A DNA stretch of 64,000 nucleotides from positions 343,797-407,796 of the forward strand of contig NMRA01000333.1 in the NCBI GenBank assembly GCA_002633005.1, given 5' to 3'. A program made the translations under genes and the position numbers. Shown in pieces: positions 55,401-64,000 of this stretch. Source of the stretch: Phoronis australis (lineage: Eukaryota; Animalia; Phoronida). The notes beneath the pieces were generated by a model. The model was not told where the DNA came from and did not search any database. It worked only from the letters and a program-made list of their open reading frames with translations. Positions within the stretch are counted from its first letter, which is position 1; each line of letters starts with the position of its first letter.

Positions 55401-58400
55401 AACACCTAATTCGTCCGTCCAAAGCGTATTTTAACCTCGTTTTAGAGCTCCATTCCAGTTACCTGGATGGAGCAAGCATACTTACCATGTTTCTTCAGGG
55501 GCCCCAATCATCCGAGGGGAAAGATGCCTGTGCCTGACTGGGGGAATTTTTTTGCCGAGTGAGGGGGAAAATCTACCTCCCACCCTGCTGCAAGCTCTCA
55601 TAAGTTCTGTCTCAAATAGCAATTTGTGCTCTTGTCACCTGTGTGGTTACAGGTAATTTGAACTTAGGAGGGAAATTTTCAATCACTAGGGAAATTTTCA
55701 GGCCTCGTTGGGGGAATTTCGCGAGATTTTTTATGTTTGAGAGGGGAATAGGGCGGATATTCAGCCCCAAAATCGAGGGATTGAGAGCCCTGTCCATTTG
55801 GAAAGAAAAATGTGTCATGTCTCAACCCGTAGTCACTTCATGAAAACACAGCCTGGCTGGCCGAAGATTCACCGGTCATTATGCTCGGCAACCAAGATGC
55901 AACAAAATATGATCTAGTAACTTTTCGAAACGTTTATAAATTTTACACGGAAATATTTTGTTTTGTCGCGGCGTATGGCAACGACCCAACGCTTCCGAAA
56001 AGTCCTTAGGGATTGTAAAACAGACAGTTGAGTGTCCGTCTATTTTCGATCGCCTTTCGAGCAAAGCGGAATACAACTATGCTGATAAGCCAACAGAGCT
56101 ATCGTAGCAAGTCTCATTTTGGGATGCGCATCCTGTCAGCGTGAATTAGGGGCCCATTCCAAGTAACTGACTTAAGTTCATTTTTGACTTAGGCCTCAAA
56201 TTTGTCTTAACTTCCATACTTTGAAACTTTCACATCCAGTAAGATAGTTAAAATTAAGACAAAACATTTATCAAAAATTTAATTCAAACTTAAGATCTCT
56301 TTCTTGAAATGGTCTCGAGACAAATTTAAGTTTTATCTTAAACGTTACTAAAAGTTAAGATTTGTCTTAGCTAAGTCACTTTTGTTGGAATGGACCCCAG
56401 GTCTATAGGGACACATCTACCACATTTCATAACGTTCTTGCAAAGGTTCAGGAGATACAGTAGCAGACGCCCGACAGACATGACAGCAATATGCACCCAC
56501 ATATTATAGGGTTGCATAGTAACAGGAAAGCAAGGTTTGGAGGTAATTCATGATGTATGTTATAAGGGAAGAGTCACTCAACAGCCAAACTATTGTAGTC
56601 CCCACAAAACAACAAGAGCAAAATTAAGAACAGCTTGTAACAATGAACACCATCTCTAACAAGAAAAACGACAGCAACATAAAGACCACCAAATCTGCAT
56701 GACTACAGCTACTCACCTGGTCACAGTGCCACTGAGGTGTGGCACAGCTGCGTACTGCCTCCTTCTTACCACACTCACACAACTGGACACTGGTTTTGGG
56801 ACAGGCTGGACAGTCTCCTGGACAAAGAACAAATGCACGCAAGCATGTGTTACATCAGATATTTGAAGAACAGTGTCAGTGGCAACAAAATACCAGGAAT
56901 GACTTTAAAGGAGAATGCCACCCAAAAACAACCTATTTTGTATTTTAGATCGAGTAGTTCTACTCGATAACGGCATGTTCGGTTGTGTTACCTGACACCT
57001 GATGGTAGACGGAGGTGTTGAAATTATCCAATGACGTCATTGGTTTCACACACAGTCTGTTCAGCAGTTCACAACACGAGTTACTGGTGTCAGCTTATCG
57101 TTTGAACTCATCGTTTAACACCAATAAATCACCAAACTTCGATGTAAAACCCTCAAAAATACACAGAGTTCTCATAAAAACACACGTTTTATTTCGCTGT
57201 TACGGATTTATTGGTATTTGGACACACCGTAGCCTAAAAGTTCGGCAGGCCAATTTACCAAGGTCCATAGCAGGAGGGTCTGTTTGGAGATAAATTCAAA
57301 GTATTCTTCCGTGGAATACAGACAAGAGAACCTATGTTGTTTAGACTTGTGATTTTTTGAGTTCTAAACACATGAAACGCTTGTTATCCCAGCCAGTGGC
57401 TCGGAACCCGATCAGGCCCGTCGCGGCTGGAATGACTCATTATCCCGGCCAGTGGTTTGGAACCCAATCAGGCCCGTCACGGCCGCCGAGTCTGGCATGA
57501 ACATAAACCAGCTTGAGTTGGAAACTAAACCTCCACTCACGAAAAGACTATAATAGTCAGTGCTGTAGTGGTAAAAGTAGAGGTAAGTAGGCGCCGAAGG
57601 CCCACCGTATCACATGACCTTGAGCACTGAACTTAACTTGGTGGTGCGTAGGCCCTACGTTCAAATGCCAAAAGGTGGATGGCTGTGCCTACGCCCCACT
57701 AAAACACTGATAATAGTGAGCCAAAGAAATAATGTGCATGTAATTATTTACGTGAATTAGCCACGAAACTGAAAATCTATTTACTTGTCGGGGGCCGCAA
57801 AGTCCACGTTCCCCTTCCACAGACAGGCAAAGGTTGAATGTTCATTAATAATGATTTGAATAATGCATTTGTATTTCTAAATAAAGATTCCCCTAACATG
57901 TGACAATAAAATCAAGTAATTGTTTCACAACAGCTTTCTGTCGGCAAACACTGAATTAGCATGCGCTCACACGGCCTCACCTCGCGCCCGGTCAATTACC
58001 TTTGTTCACGGCATCAAAAGCCCGTAACGCAGTGGTTTATTCATTGCTGGCTTCTCAGCATTTGCACTCACGAATACTGCAAAGGCACTACAAATTGTAT
58101 CTAATGAGACAGATTTTGTTTCAGTTTTATATAAGCATTGGTTAGGATGAGAATAATTCAGTTTGAAACAGAATGCAGAATACATCACGGCGACTCGCCC
58201 GGTGCCAATCCCGAGTTAGTCAAGAGCCAGTCATCCGATGAAGACTTCACGGGTCGGATCGTTAGGTTTCACAGTCTGTCAGTTCGAAACCGGAATACAC
58301 TGATCAAGAAATACTAGAGAGGCGTCGTGAACAGTGCATAGACAACGGAACTTATGGACAGTTCTTTCATTGGTAAGCCGGAATTCTTCCGAGAACACTG

Positions 58401-60414
58401 TCGACGAAATGCCGGCCACAGACACGGAGATGTTCACGGACTCATACTTGCCATTAACAGCGTACCTTTCGTTCTTCACTACTGCGAGCCACTTCCTAAG
58501 CATTTCGGGCTCTCGAGGAACTAAAAGAACGATATACCCGCTTTCTTCGCAGCTTCATAGTTCAGACAAGTGGGAATGATGCACCGCAATATAGCGGCAT
58601 TCACTCTGCAGATGAACCACTGACGTCGCTGCATTGTTTCTCACCTTCCTCACAGGTTAACACGACACCTCTCGGCAAGGTGAGGTCGACCATATAACAG
58701 ACGATGTGGATATAGACCGATTAAGACGGTAAAAAAGACTAATTAAATCGGGTGGCATTCTCCTTTAATACTACAATAGATGGTAGTTCAGTGCTCTTTA
58801 GCACATCAAGTTCTGAATGTTTCTTCACAGCACCAAATAAGTTACTTATACATTCTACAGATTTGCAGTGATTGACATAATGAGCAGCAGATCTCATTTG
58901 CTGCCTGAAATTTCGAAATGTGAGCTGAGATTTTGGCCAACTGACATTAGTCCCACATGTACAACTTGGTCATTCCAACTCTTGTAAGCTGAGTAACATC
59001 GCCACACTGCAACAACAGGGCTTACTTAATTAAAATGGGAAAATATTCGTGCCAAACAATGGAAAATTGCTCCAGCATTTTTTTGGCCGTCGTCAAGACT
59101 GTGTGACCTGGAATCTGTGTGTGCAACCTGGATTTCAGAATTGCGAGCTGAGATTTTAATCTGATGCAAACGATGACCTGGTAATTTTCACACTGCCACG
59201 GGTTGATTTAGAAAGTTTCTGAGTATAAATTACACAAATCTTACATTCAAGTAAGTGACACTGACTGGATGATAAAAACAATCCACGAACTGCAACACAA
59301 CACTGTGGACATGCACTAGTATAAACTGTTATAGCGCAACTTTACAGGAAATAATAATTATAATAAGGTAAACGGAATCTAAGTAATGTACAACACTTAC
59401 AAATGACAGCCAAAACTACAATTTGTCTTAATGGAAAGTTAATGACGACAGTTGTGATTTGAACTTGAAGGTGTGTACAAACGGGTGTAATTTGAGGGTT
59501 ACAACAGTTTTTGCAACTCAACAAATAGCAAATTGTCACAAAACAATAGTTTGTGCTTCAAAGGTCAACAGAAACTGATCGCACATTTGAGAATTGCGAC
59601 AGTTTATGAAGCTGTGACAGTTTATGAAGCTGTGAGTTTGTGGTTAGTGTGATAGCACACATTTGCAAAACAGTTTGTGGTTAGCGTGATAGCACACATA
59701 TACAAAACAGTTTGTGGTTAGCGTGATAGCACACATATACAAAACAGTTTGTGGTTAGCGTGATAGCACACATGTACAAAACAGTTTGTGGTTAGCATGA
59801 TAGCACACATATACAAAACAGCTTTGCACCATGTGAAATTATCTGTTCTCACAGGCATTCTCAATAACACAATTCTTTTAATCTAATTAACCCACTTCCT
59901 TTCGGGTAAGCTGGAGTTCTTTTCACAAAAAACACAATTCGGTTTTTCTAAATTCAGTTAATATATTCTCACACATAGCATTTCTTTCATGTCTGACATC
60001 AGCCATTAGTTACAGAGTGAGTGAGTCTGAGTAGCAAGTGACAGGAGCAATGTATCAAATCTGTTCATACTCAATATAAGGTAATGTTTCCAGTTCGTGA
60101 GCTATTTGTTAGAATGAACATGAGTCAAATGAGGAAATCCGTTCAGCTTGAGAGAAGAGAATGATTTGAACAATAACACAAGACTTCTGTGTGAGAATAA
60201 TGACTATCCTAAAGACAATAGAAATAAAGAAATACTTCTGGCTCTACTGTACCTGGATGACATGGGTCTTGACAGGCATGATGACCACAGGTCAGTCTGC
60301 GGCCACAGGGCTGACCACATGACCAGTCTCTCAAACCACAACGACGGGCCGTGGGAGGACTTTTGCCACAGTGACACTTGGATTGCACAGTCTTGGGGCA
60401 TGGTGGACAGGGAC
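34262..60414 (-). CDS. NFXL1: NF-X1-type zinc finger protein NFXL1, partial gene (13 distinct exons; 5' part outside the window)
   Basis: Repeated CGxHxCxxxCHxGxCxPC NF-X1 zinc fingers, then a coiled coil and a C-terminal transmembrane segment ([22 protein letters not shown]), the NFXL1 architecture; all exons are GT-AG and phase-compatible. Confidence 0.94.
35322..35519 (-). CDS. NFXL1: NFXL1 exon ([16 protein letters not shown]...[15 protein letters not shown])
   Basis: ACAG acceptor, GTGGGC donor. Confidence 0.9.
36159..36395 (-). CDS. NFXL1: NFXL1 exon ([12 protein letters not shown]...[10 protein letters not shown]...CPKM)
   Basis: CTTAG acceptor, GTGTGT donor; 79 codons. Confidence 0.9.
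37055..37186 (-). CDS. NFXL1: NFXL1 exon ([34 protein letters not shown]...)
   Basis: CTCCAG acceptor, GTGAGT donor. Confidence 0.9.
37892..38043 (-). repeat. 37-bp x4 tandem repeat containing an NFXL1 splice donor
   Basis: Unit CATGACTGCATCATAATGCGCCCCCTATAGTTCACCT (+ strand). Confidence 0.9.
38038..38151 (-). CDS. NFXL1: NFXL1 exon (TVKNSPWD...[17 protein letters not shown])
   Basis: TTGCAG acceptor, GTGAAC donor; CLGKHE matches the NFXL1 motif. Confidence 0.88.
38742..38898 (-). CDS. NFXL1: NFXL1 exon (NPPDCHH...[11 protein letters not shown]...[10 protein letters not shown])
   Basis: TTTTCTAG acceptor, GTAATA donor. Confidence 0.88.
39557..39677 (-). CDS. NFXL1: NFXL1 exon ([17 protein letters not shown]...[13 protein letters not shown])
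   Basis: TTAG acceptor, GTACGT donor. Confidence 0.9.
39870..40129. mobile_element. Small MITE-like element with G/C-run subterminal repeats
   Basis: Imperfect TIRs CATGGGTGCACC / GGTGCGCGCGTG and internal GGGGGGGCTCG...CGAGCCCCCCC; no TSD seen. Confidence 0.45.
41184..42499 (+). mobile_element. Non-autonomous Helitron/Helentron-like element with internal about 145-bp tandem monomers, each carrying a CTCF-like motif
   Basis: 5' end AACAAA...GAGCGTTGAAATGCTC, 3' hairpin CCACATAT-AA-ATATGTGG then GGATAAAA; ends shared with 61625-63380. Confidence 0.7.
43157..44405 (-). mobile_element. Second HINE-like element family with an internal about 420-bp duplication
   Basis: Palindromes at both ends (CTGCGCGTGCAAGCGCAG; TTATTGTCACGCCGTGACAATAA) and repeated AAAGGTCA-containing blocks. 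Confidence 0.5.
45400..46110 (+). repeat. Degenerate fragment of the CTCF-motif monomer family
   Basis: CTACTAGGTGGCG, CCAAAAGGGGGCAC and CCACTAGATGGCAC at about 150-165-bp spacing. Confidence 0.7.
46387..46497 (-). repeat. 37-bp x3 tandem repeat containing an NFXL1 exon end and splice donor
   Basis: Unit GTTGTTACCTACCTGTATGACAAACATTACTACACTT, perfect copies. Confidence 0.92.
46473..46563 (-). CDS. NFXL1: NFXL1 exon ([30 protein letters not shown])
   Basis: TTTTTCCAG acceptor, GTAGGT donor. Confidence 0.9.
46755..47056. repeat. Minisatellite, about 55-bp unit x5.5
   Basis: ACTGTTCATGTAAAACA...CAACACATATCAAGACTGACAC repeated. Confidence 0.9.
47221..47483. repeat. Long inverted repeat (foldback), arms of about 115 bp
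   Basis: 47221-47336 is the near-perfect reverse complement of 47369-47483. Confidence 0.9.
47649..47780 (-). CDS. NFXL1: NFXL1 exon ([14 protein letters not shown]...HQCKRK)
   Basis: AG acceptor, GTAAAT donor. Confidence 0.88.
47966..48081 (-). CDS. NFXL1: NFXL1 exon ([38 protein letters not shown])
   Basis: TTGCAG acceptor, GTAGG donor. Confidence 0.9.
51024..51138 (-). CDS. NFXL1: NFXL1 exon ([13 protein letters not shown]...CPCGKS), second copy
   Basis: Duplicate of 53928-54042 at an offset of 2904 bp. Confidence 0.85.
53242..53482. mobile_element. MITE with TIRs GGGGCCCATTCCAA / TTGGAACGGGCCCC (copy at about 56148-56399; fragment at about 27030-27133)
   Basis: Terminal inverted repeats and dispersed copies within the window. 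Confidence 0.7.
53928..54042 (-). CDS. NFXL1: NFXL1 exon ([38 protein letters not shown]), copy within the duplication
   Basis: TTTAG acceptor, GTAAGT donor; 115 nt; appears identical to 51024-51138. Confidence 0.85.
56717..56817 (-). CDS. NFXL1: NFXL1 exon ([19 protein letters not shown]...WHCDQ)
   Basis: CCAG acceptor, GTGAGT donor. Confidence 0.9.
56909..58764 (-). mobile_element. Second Kolobok-type element of the same family, in an NFXL1 intron
   Basis: Same TIRs, TTAA on both sides, internal homology to 19682-21399; THAP remnant CIIPTC...GISFF...LRKWLAVVK...RVCGRHF at about 58400-58592. Confidence 0.8.
57558..57709. mobile_element. hAT-like MITE nested in the Kolobok copy
   Basis: TIRs CAGTGCTGTAGTGG / CCACTAAAACACTG and an 8-bp TSD ATAATAGT; the sister copy shows the empty site near 20255-20270. 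Confidence 0.8.
59632..59820. repeat. Minisatellite, 38-bp unit x5 (AGTTTGTGGTTAGCGTGATAGCACACATATACAAAAC)
   Basis: Direct tandem copies. Confidence 0.9.
60253..60414 (-). CDS. NFXL1: NFXL1 exon ([18 protein letters not shown]...[12 protein letters not shown])
   Basis: TTGCAG acceptor and GTACAG donor on the minus strand. Confidence 0.9.
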
Positions 60415-61624
60415 CTGCAAGTAAAACATGTCAAGTATTTGGGCAAATAAAAATTACAGGGTACATTTCTGTTTAACAACATTGTGTAGCATGGCAGAAA
60501 TTTACTACAACTAAGAGCACATTAACTACTCGAGCGAGGAAACGCTAACATCAAACTTGTAATATTGAACGAATCTTCGGGTGGTTTTCTATTAACAGTC
60601 TATTCCACAGAGTCCCTAAGACCATAAGTGGGAGAATTAATAAAATCCACACAATATTGGTAATGTGAAGGCTGTGAATACCCTAGCCTTGGGGCAAAGC
60701 TGTACACTAAATATACAGCTTTGCGCAGATGTAGGTAAAAAATTGACCAGATAAAATATGACACAAAATTACTGTCATTAAAATTATACACTTATTTGAG
60801 TAAGTGAAATCATTTTCTGGATTTGGAAAAATTGGCGTTCTACCGTTATTCTGCTGCTAAAGTTGTGGAGCGATCTTCTGCGTCAGCTTTCGGCGCCATG
60901 AAATATTGCGTCACCTATTGGCCAGTTTCTTTTTTCACCGATTCTTCAATCAACTGTTTTTCTTTAACAAGGTTGCGTACATGTCCCAACAAATTATCGG
61001 AACTGGTTTCATTCATTATAACTTTTTAGAATTTTGATTCCAGCAAACGGAATTTCAGAAGAAATTTTGCTGCTGCCAAGCTTACATCATCTCCCGAGAG
61101 ATGTCGCAAAAATTTAGGAAATGGCGCGTGCTCCTGTCATGAGCGTACTGTTTTCGAAACGACGACATAACTTTTCTTTGTTAGAAATGGCTGAGGATTA
61201 TGCAAGAAAATGACGTTTATTGGATTGTTTTTCACTTAACACGAGCAGCGCAGCAGTGAAAAAAGTGGGGACTTAAGCCCCCCTGTGGTGCGCCGCCTAT
61301 AGACCATCGGCGTCGTAGCACTGAAAAAAGTGGAGGGCTATAGCCCCCCCCAACCCCATATGGTGCGCCGCCCACGCTTAAGCGGCTGTAATGGGTAAGG
61401 TGTCGGTTGATTCCCACATTTTGCATGCACACCGTCCGGTGTTTAACTTTACATGTTCATACAAGTTTCGTGGCGAGGTGATGAACTATCCTGGTTGTGT
61501 TCAATTTCGGGGTCTATGGAAGATTAACACATGTAGAGCTTAGTGGCACCTAGCTGTATTTTGAGATAGCCTTCGTACAGCTAGCTGGCTGGCTATGAAC
61601 ACCCAAACTCAAACAAGGGTCTAT

Positions 61625-63380
61625 AACAAGAGCAACACGGAGCGTTGAAATGTGCTCACGAATGCATTGCAAATGGTGTGCTTTTAGGGTTATTTATTTT
61701 TATCATAAAAATGGCCACTAGATGGCGCAAAAATGTACAATCTATCCAAAAACAGGAACATGCCATTTCATAAAAATGTGTCAAGGAACTTCAGTGAAAC
61801 AAAAGAAAACAGAATAAAATGAAATTGCCACTAGTAGGCACAGCATCCGTTGGATTCAGATGAAAGTCGTTGTCGTCTGTTGTTATCTTCATATAAATAC
61901 ACTTACAAAATTTGATAAAGATCCTCCAGTGGAAATAGGAGATACAACTATGGGCACAAAACAAAACTAGGAGGCGCCACAGTAGTTAGTCGCCATCATC
62001 AAACTTCCTCTTCACACTGAGAACATATACGCCAATTTTCAAAGCCATCGGATGGCTTTGAAAATTGGCGTATATTCCCTAGAATGATTTGGTTGATACA
62101 GGGGTAGACACCAAAAACAAGATTTGAAAACAGAAAAAATGGCCACTAGGTGGCGCAAAATATCTTGACTCCATCCAAAAACAGGAAAATAGCGTCACCT
62201 CACCAATAGATGCCTATATTTAAAATTTTATGAAAATCTGTTGAGGACTTTTGAAGATACAGAGTTAAACGTAAAAACTAAAATTGCCACTAGGGGGCAC
62301 ACCAGTAGTCAGATCTCTCCGAAAGTCGTGGTCGTTCGTAGTCAACATCATATAAATACACTTGCTAAATGAAGTAAAGATCCTGCAAACAGTTTAGGAG
62401 ATACAGCCATGAGCGCAAAAAACAAAACTGCCACTAGGAGGCGCCCCAGTAGACGAAGTCATCAGAAAATCATCGTCAGCCGTCCACTTTATAGTAAAAA
62501 CATACATGCCAATTTTCACAAATTATCCTGAAAACGGTTTGGATGATAGATGAGTGGACACCAAAAAAACAGACTTGAAAACAGTAAAAATGGCCACTAG
62601 GTGGCGCAAACAAGATCGAATTCATTTGAAAACGGAGCGATAGCGTCACCTCATTAACAGATGACAGTATGCCAAATTTTATGAAAATACATTGAGTACC
62701 TTTGAAGAAACAGAGGTAAACATAAAAATAAAATTGTCACTAGGTGGCTAGGTGGCACAACAGTAATCAGATCTGTCCGAAAGCCGACGTCGTCCATTGT
62801 AACATGATATAAATATACTTACTAAATTTCGTACAGATCCTGCATTCGGTTTAGGAGACACAGCCATAGGCGCAAAAAAACAAAACTGCCACTAGGAGGC
62901 GCCACAGTAATCAAAGTCATCGGAAAATCATCAACGGACATCAACTTCATAGTAAGAACATACATGCCAATTTTCACAATCATCTTTAGAGCGGTTTGGC
63001 TGATAGAGGGGTGGATGCAAAAATACTCGAAAATAGTAAAAACGGCCACTAGGTGGCGCACACTACGTTGAATCCATCCGAAAATGAGAGGATCGCGTTA
63101 CCTCACAAATAGGTACCCACATACCAAATTTCATTAAAATCCGTTAAGGACTTTTGAAGATACAGAGGTAAACATAAAAAAATAAAATTGCCACTAGGGG
63201 ACACACCAGTTGTCGGAGCCGTCCGAAAATTCGCTCATGCCATCCCACCCATGTAAGGAAGGCATCTGAAAAATTTCCTGAACATACGTCAAGTCAAGGG
63301 GTTTTGGAGATAGAGCAGTGAACCTGGGACGGAGATGACGGCATAATGCGTCCACATATAAATATGTGGGCACATGAAAA
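61625..63380 (+). mobile_element. Full-length member of the CTCF-motif array element family (about 11 monomers, 3-monomer higher-order repeat)
   Basis: 5' AACAAGAGCAACACGGAGCGTTGAAATG, 3' hairpin CCACATATAAATATGTGG; same ends as 41184-42499. Confidence 0.72.
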
Positions 63381-64000
63381 GCAATGCTTGTACACTAGTC
63401 TTCTACCTTATTCTTGAAATGACAACAAAAGTACTGATATAACTTCCATATACATCCTTCCTACAGTGAAAATGACCTGATACCCAGTCAGCACACTACA
63501 TAGACGTCATCAGCTGAATCCTGTTCAAAGTAAACTTAAACAACCACTAGATGGCGTATGCAATACTAAGCGCCACCTTTTGTTCAAATAGAAAAAAGCA
63601 GGAAATGAAACGAACAGACAGTGGAAAATCCTAACTCTGATTGAGAAATCAGAAAAGGCTGAGATTTAGAGAACAGAAAAAGCAGAGACAATAGTGTGGT
63701 GAATTAATGTTTAATAATCAGGTATGTGCTGAAGAAAACTGTTATTGAAGTCATTTCGTTTATTTTATATCTTTGCATTGTAAATGCTTCTAAATAGAAA
63801 CCGAAACTTAAATGCACAGGCGTCCTCAGCTTCTGATCGTCCCCAATACACTACATATAATACTACAAGGTATGACACTTCCGACCAGAAATTCCACGGG
63901 TGCTTCACTTCAGCCGTCCATAGCAAACATAAAACTCAATAAATTTACACAATACAGAGGTTCAACAAACCATGAAGAATTGTTCTTTCTCCCAATACCA

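Larger units (their letters stand above)
50828..56647. repeat. 2.9-kb tandem duplication (50828-53730 / 53732-56647) joined by a single N
   Basis: Near-identical copies with scattered SNPs and indels; N at 53731. Confidence 0.95.

Noticed and set aside
802-63061. Most short ORFs in the supplied six-frame track
   Set aside because: They are 60-110 aa with no recognisable domains and lie in introns or repeats, as expected by chance.
63470-63930. Possible intronic C/D snoRNAs on the minus strand (CTGATGA, CTGA)
   Set aside because: No convincing box C/D pair with a terminal stem and no identifiable guide target.

Overview
AT-rich, intron-rich animal genomic DNA; the repeat types suggest a marine invertebrate or lophotrochozoan (inference). 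There are three host genes. (1) Eight + strand exons (263-5729) of an ATRX-type SNF2 helicase; the next expected ATRX exon was not found. (2) The last four + strand exons of phosphoglycerate kinase (16761-22222); no earlier PGK exons were found in between, and the splice phases allow an in-frame ATRX-PGK join. (3) Thirteen distinct minus-strand exons (60414 down to the stop at 34262) of NFXL1, one of them duplicated inside a 2.9-kb tandem duplication joined by a single N, probably a haplotype assembly artefact. Mobile DNA includes a decayed Ty1/copia element with LTR and tRNA-iMet PBS, a HECT (G2E3-like) pseudogene, two Kolobok-type elements with THAP remnants, PIF and hAT MITEs, LINE and SINE remnants, and a probable solo LTR carrying heat-shock elements. 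The most notable unexplained structures are a repeat family carrying co-oriented CTCF-consensus motifs at about 145-bp spacing, and minisatellites that multiply exon 5' splice sites at three separate exons. All coordinates were read by eye and nothing was searched against databases.
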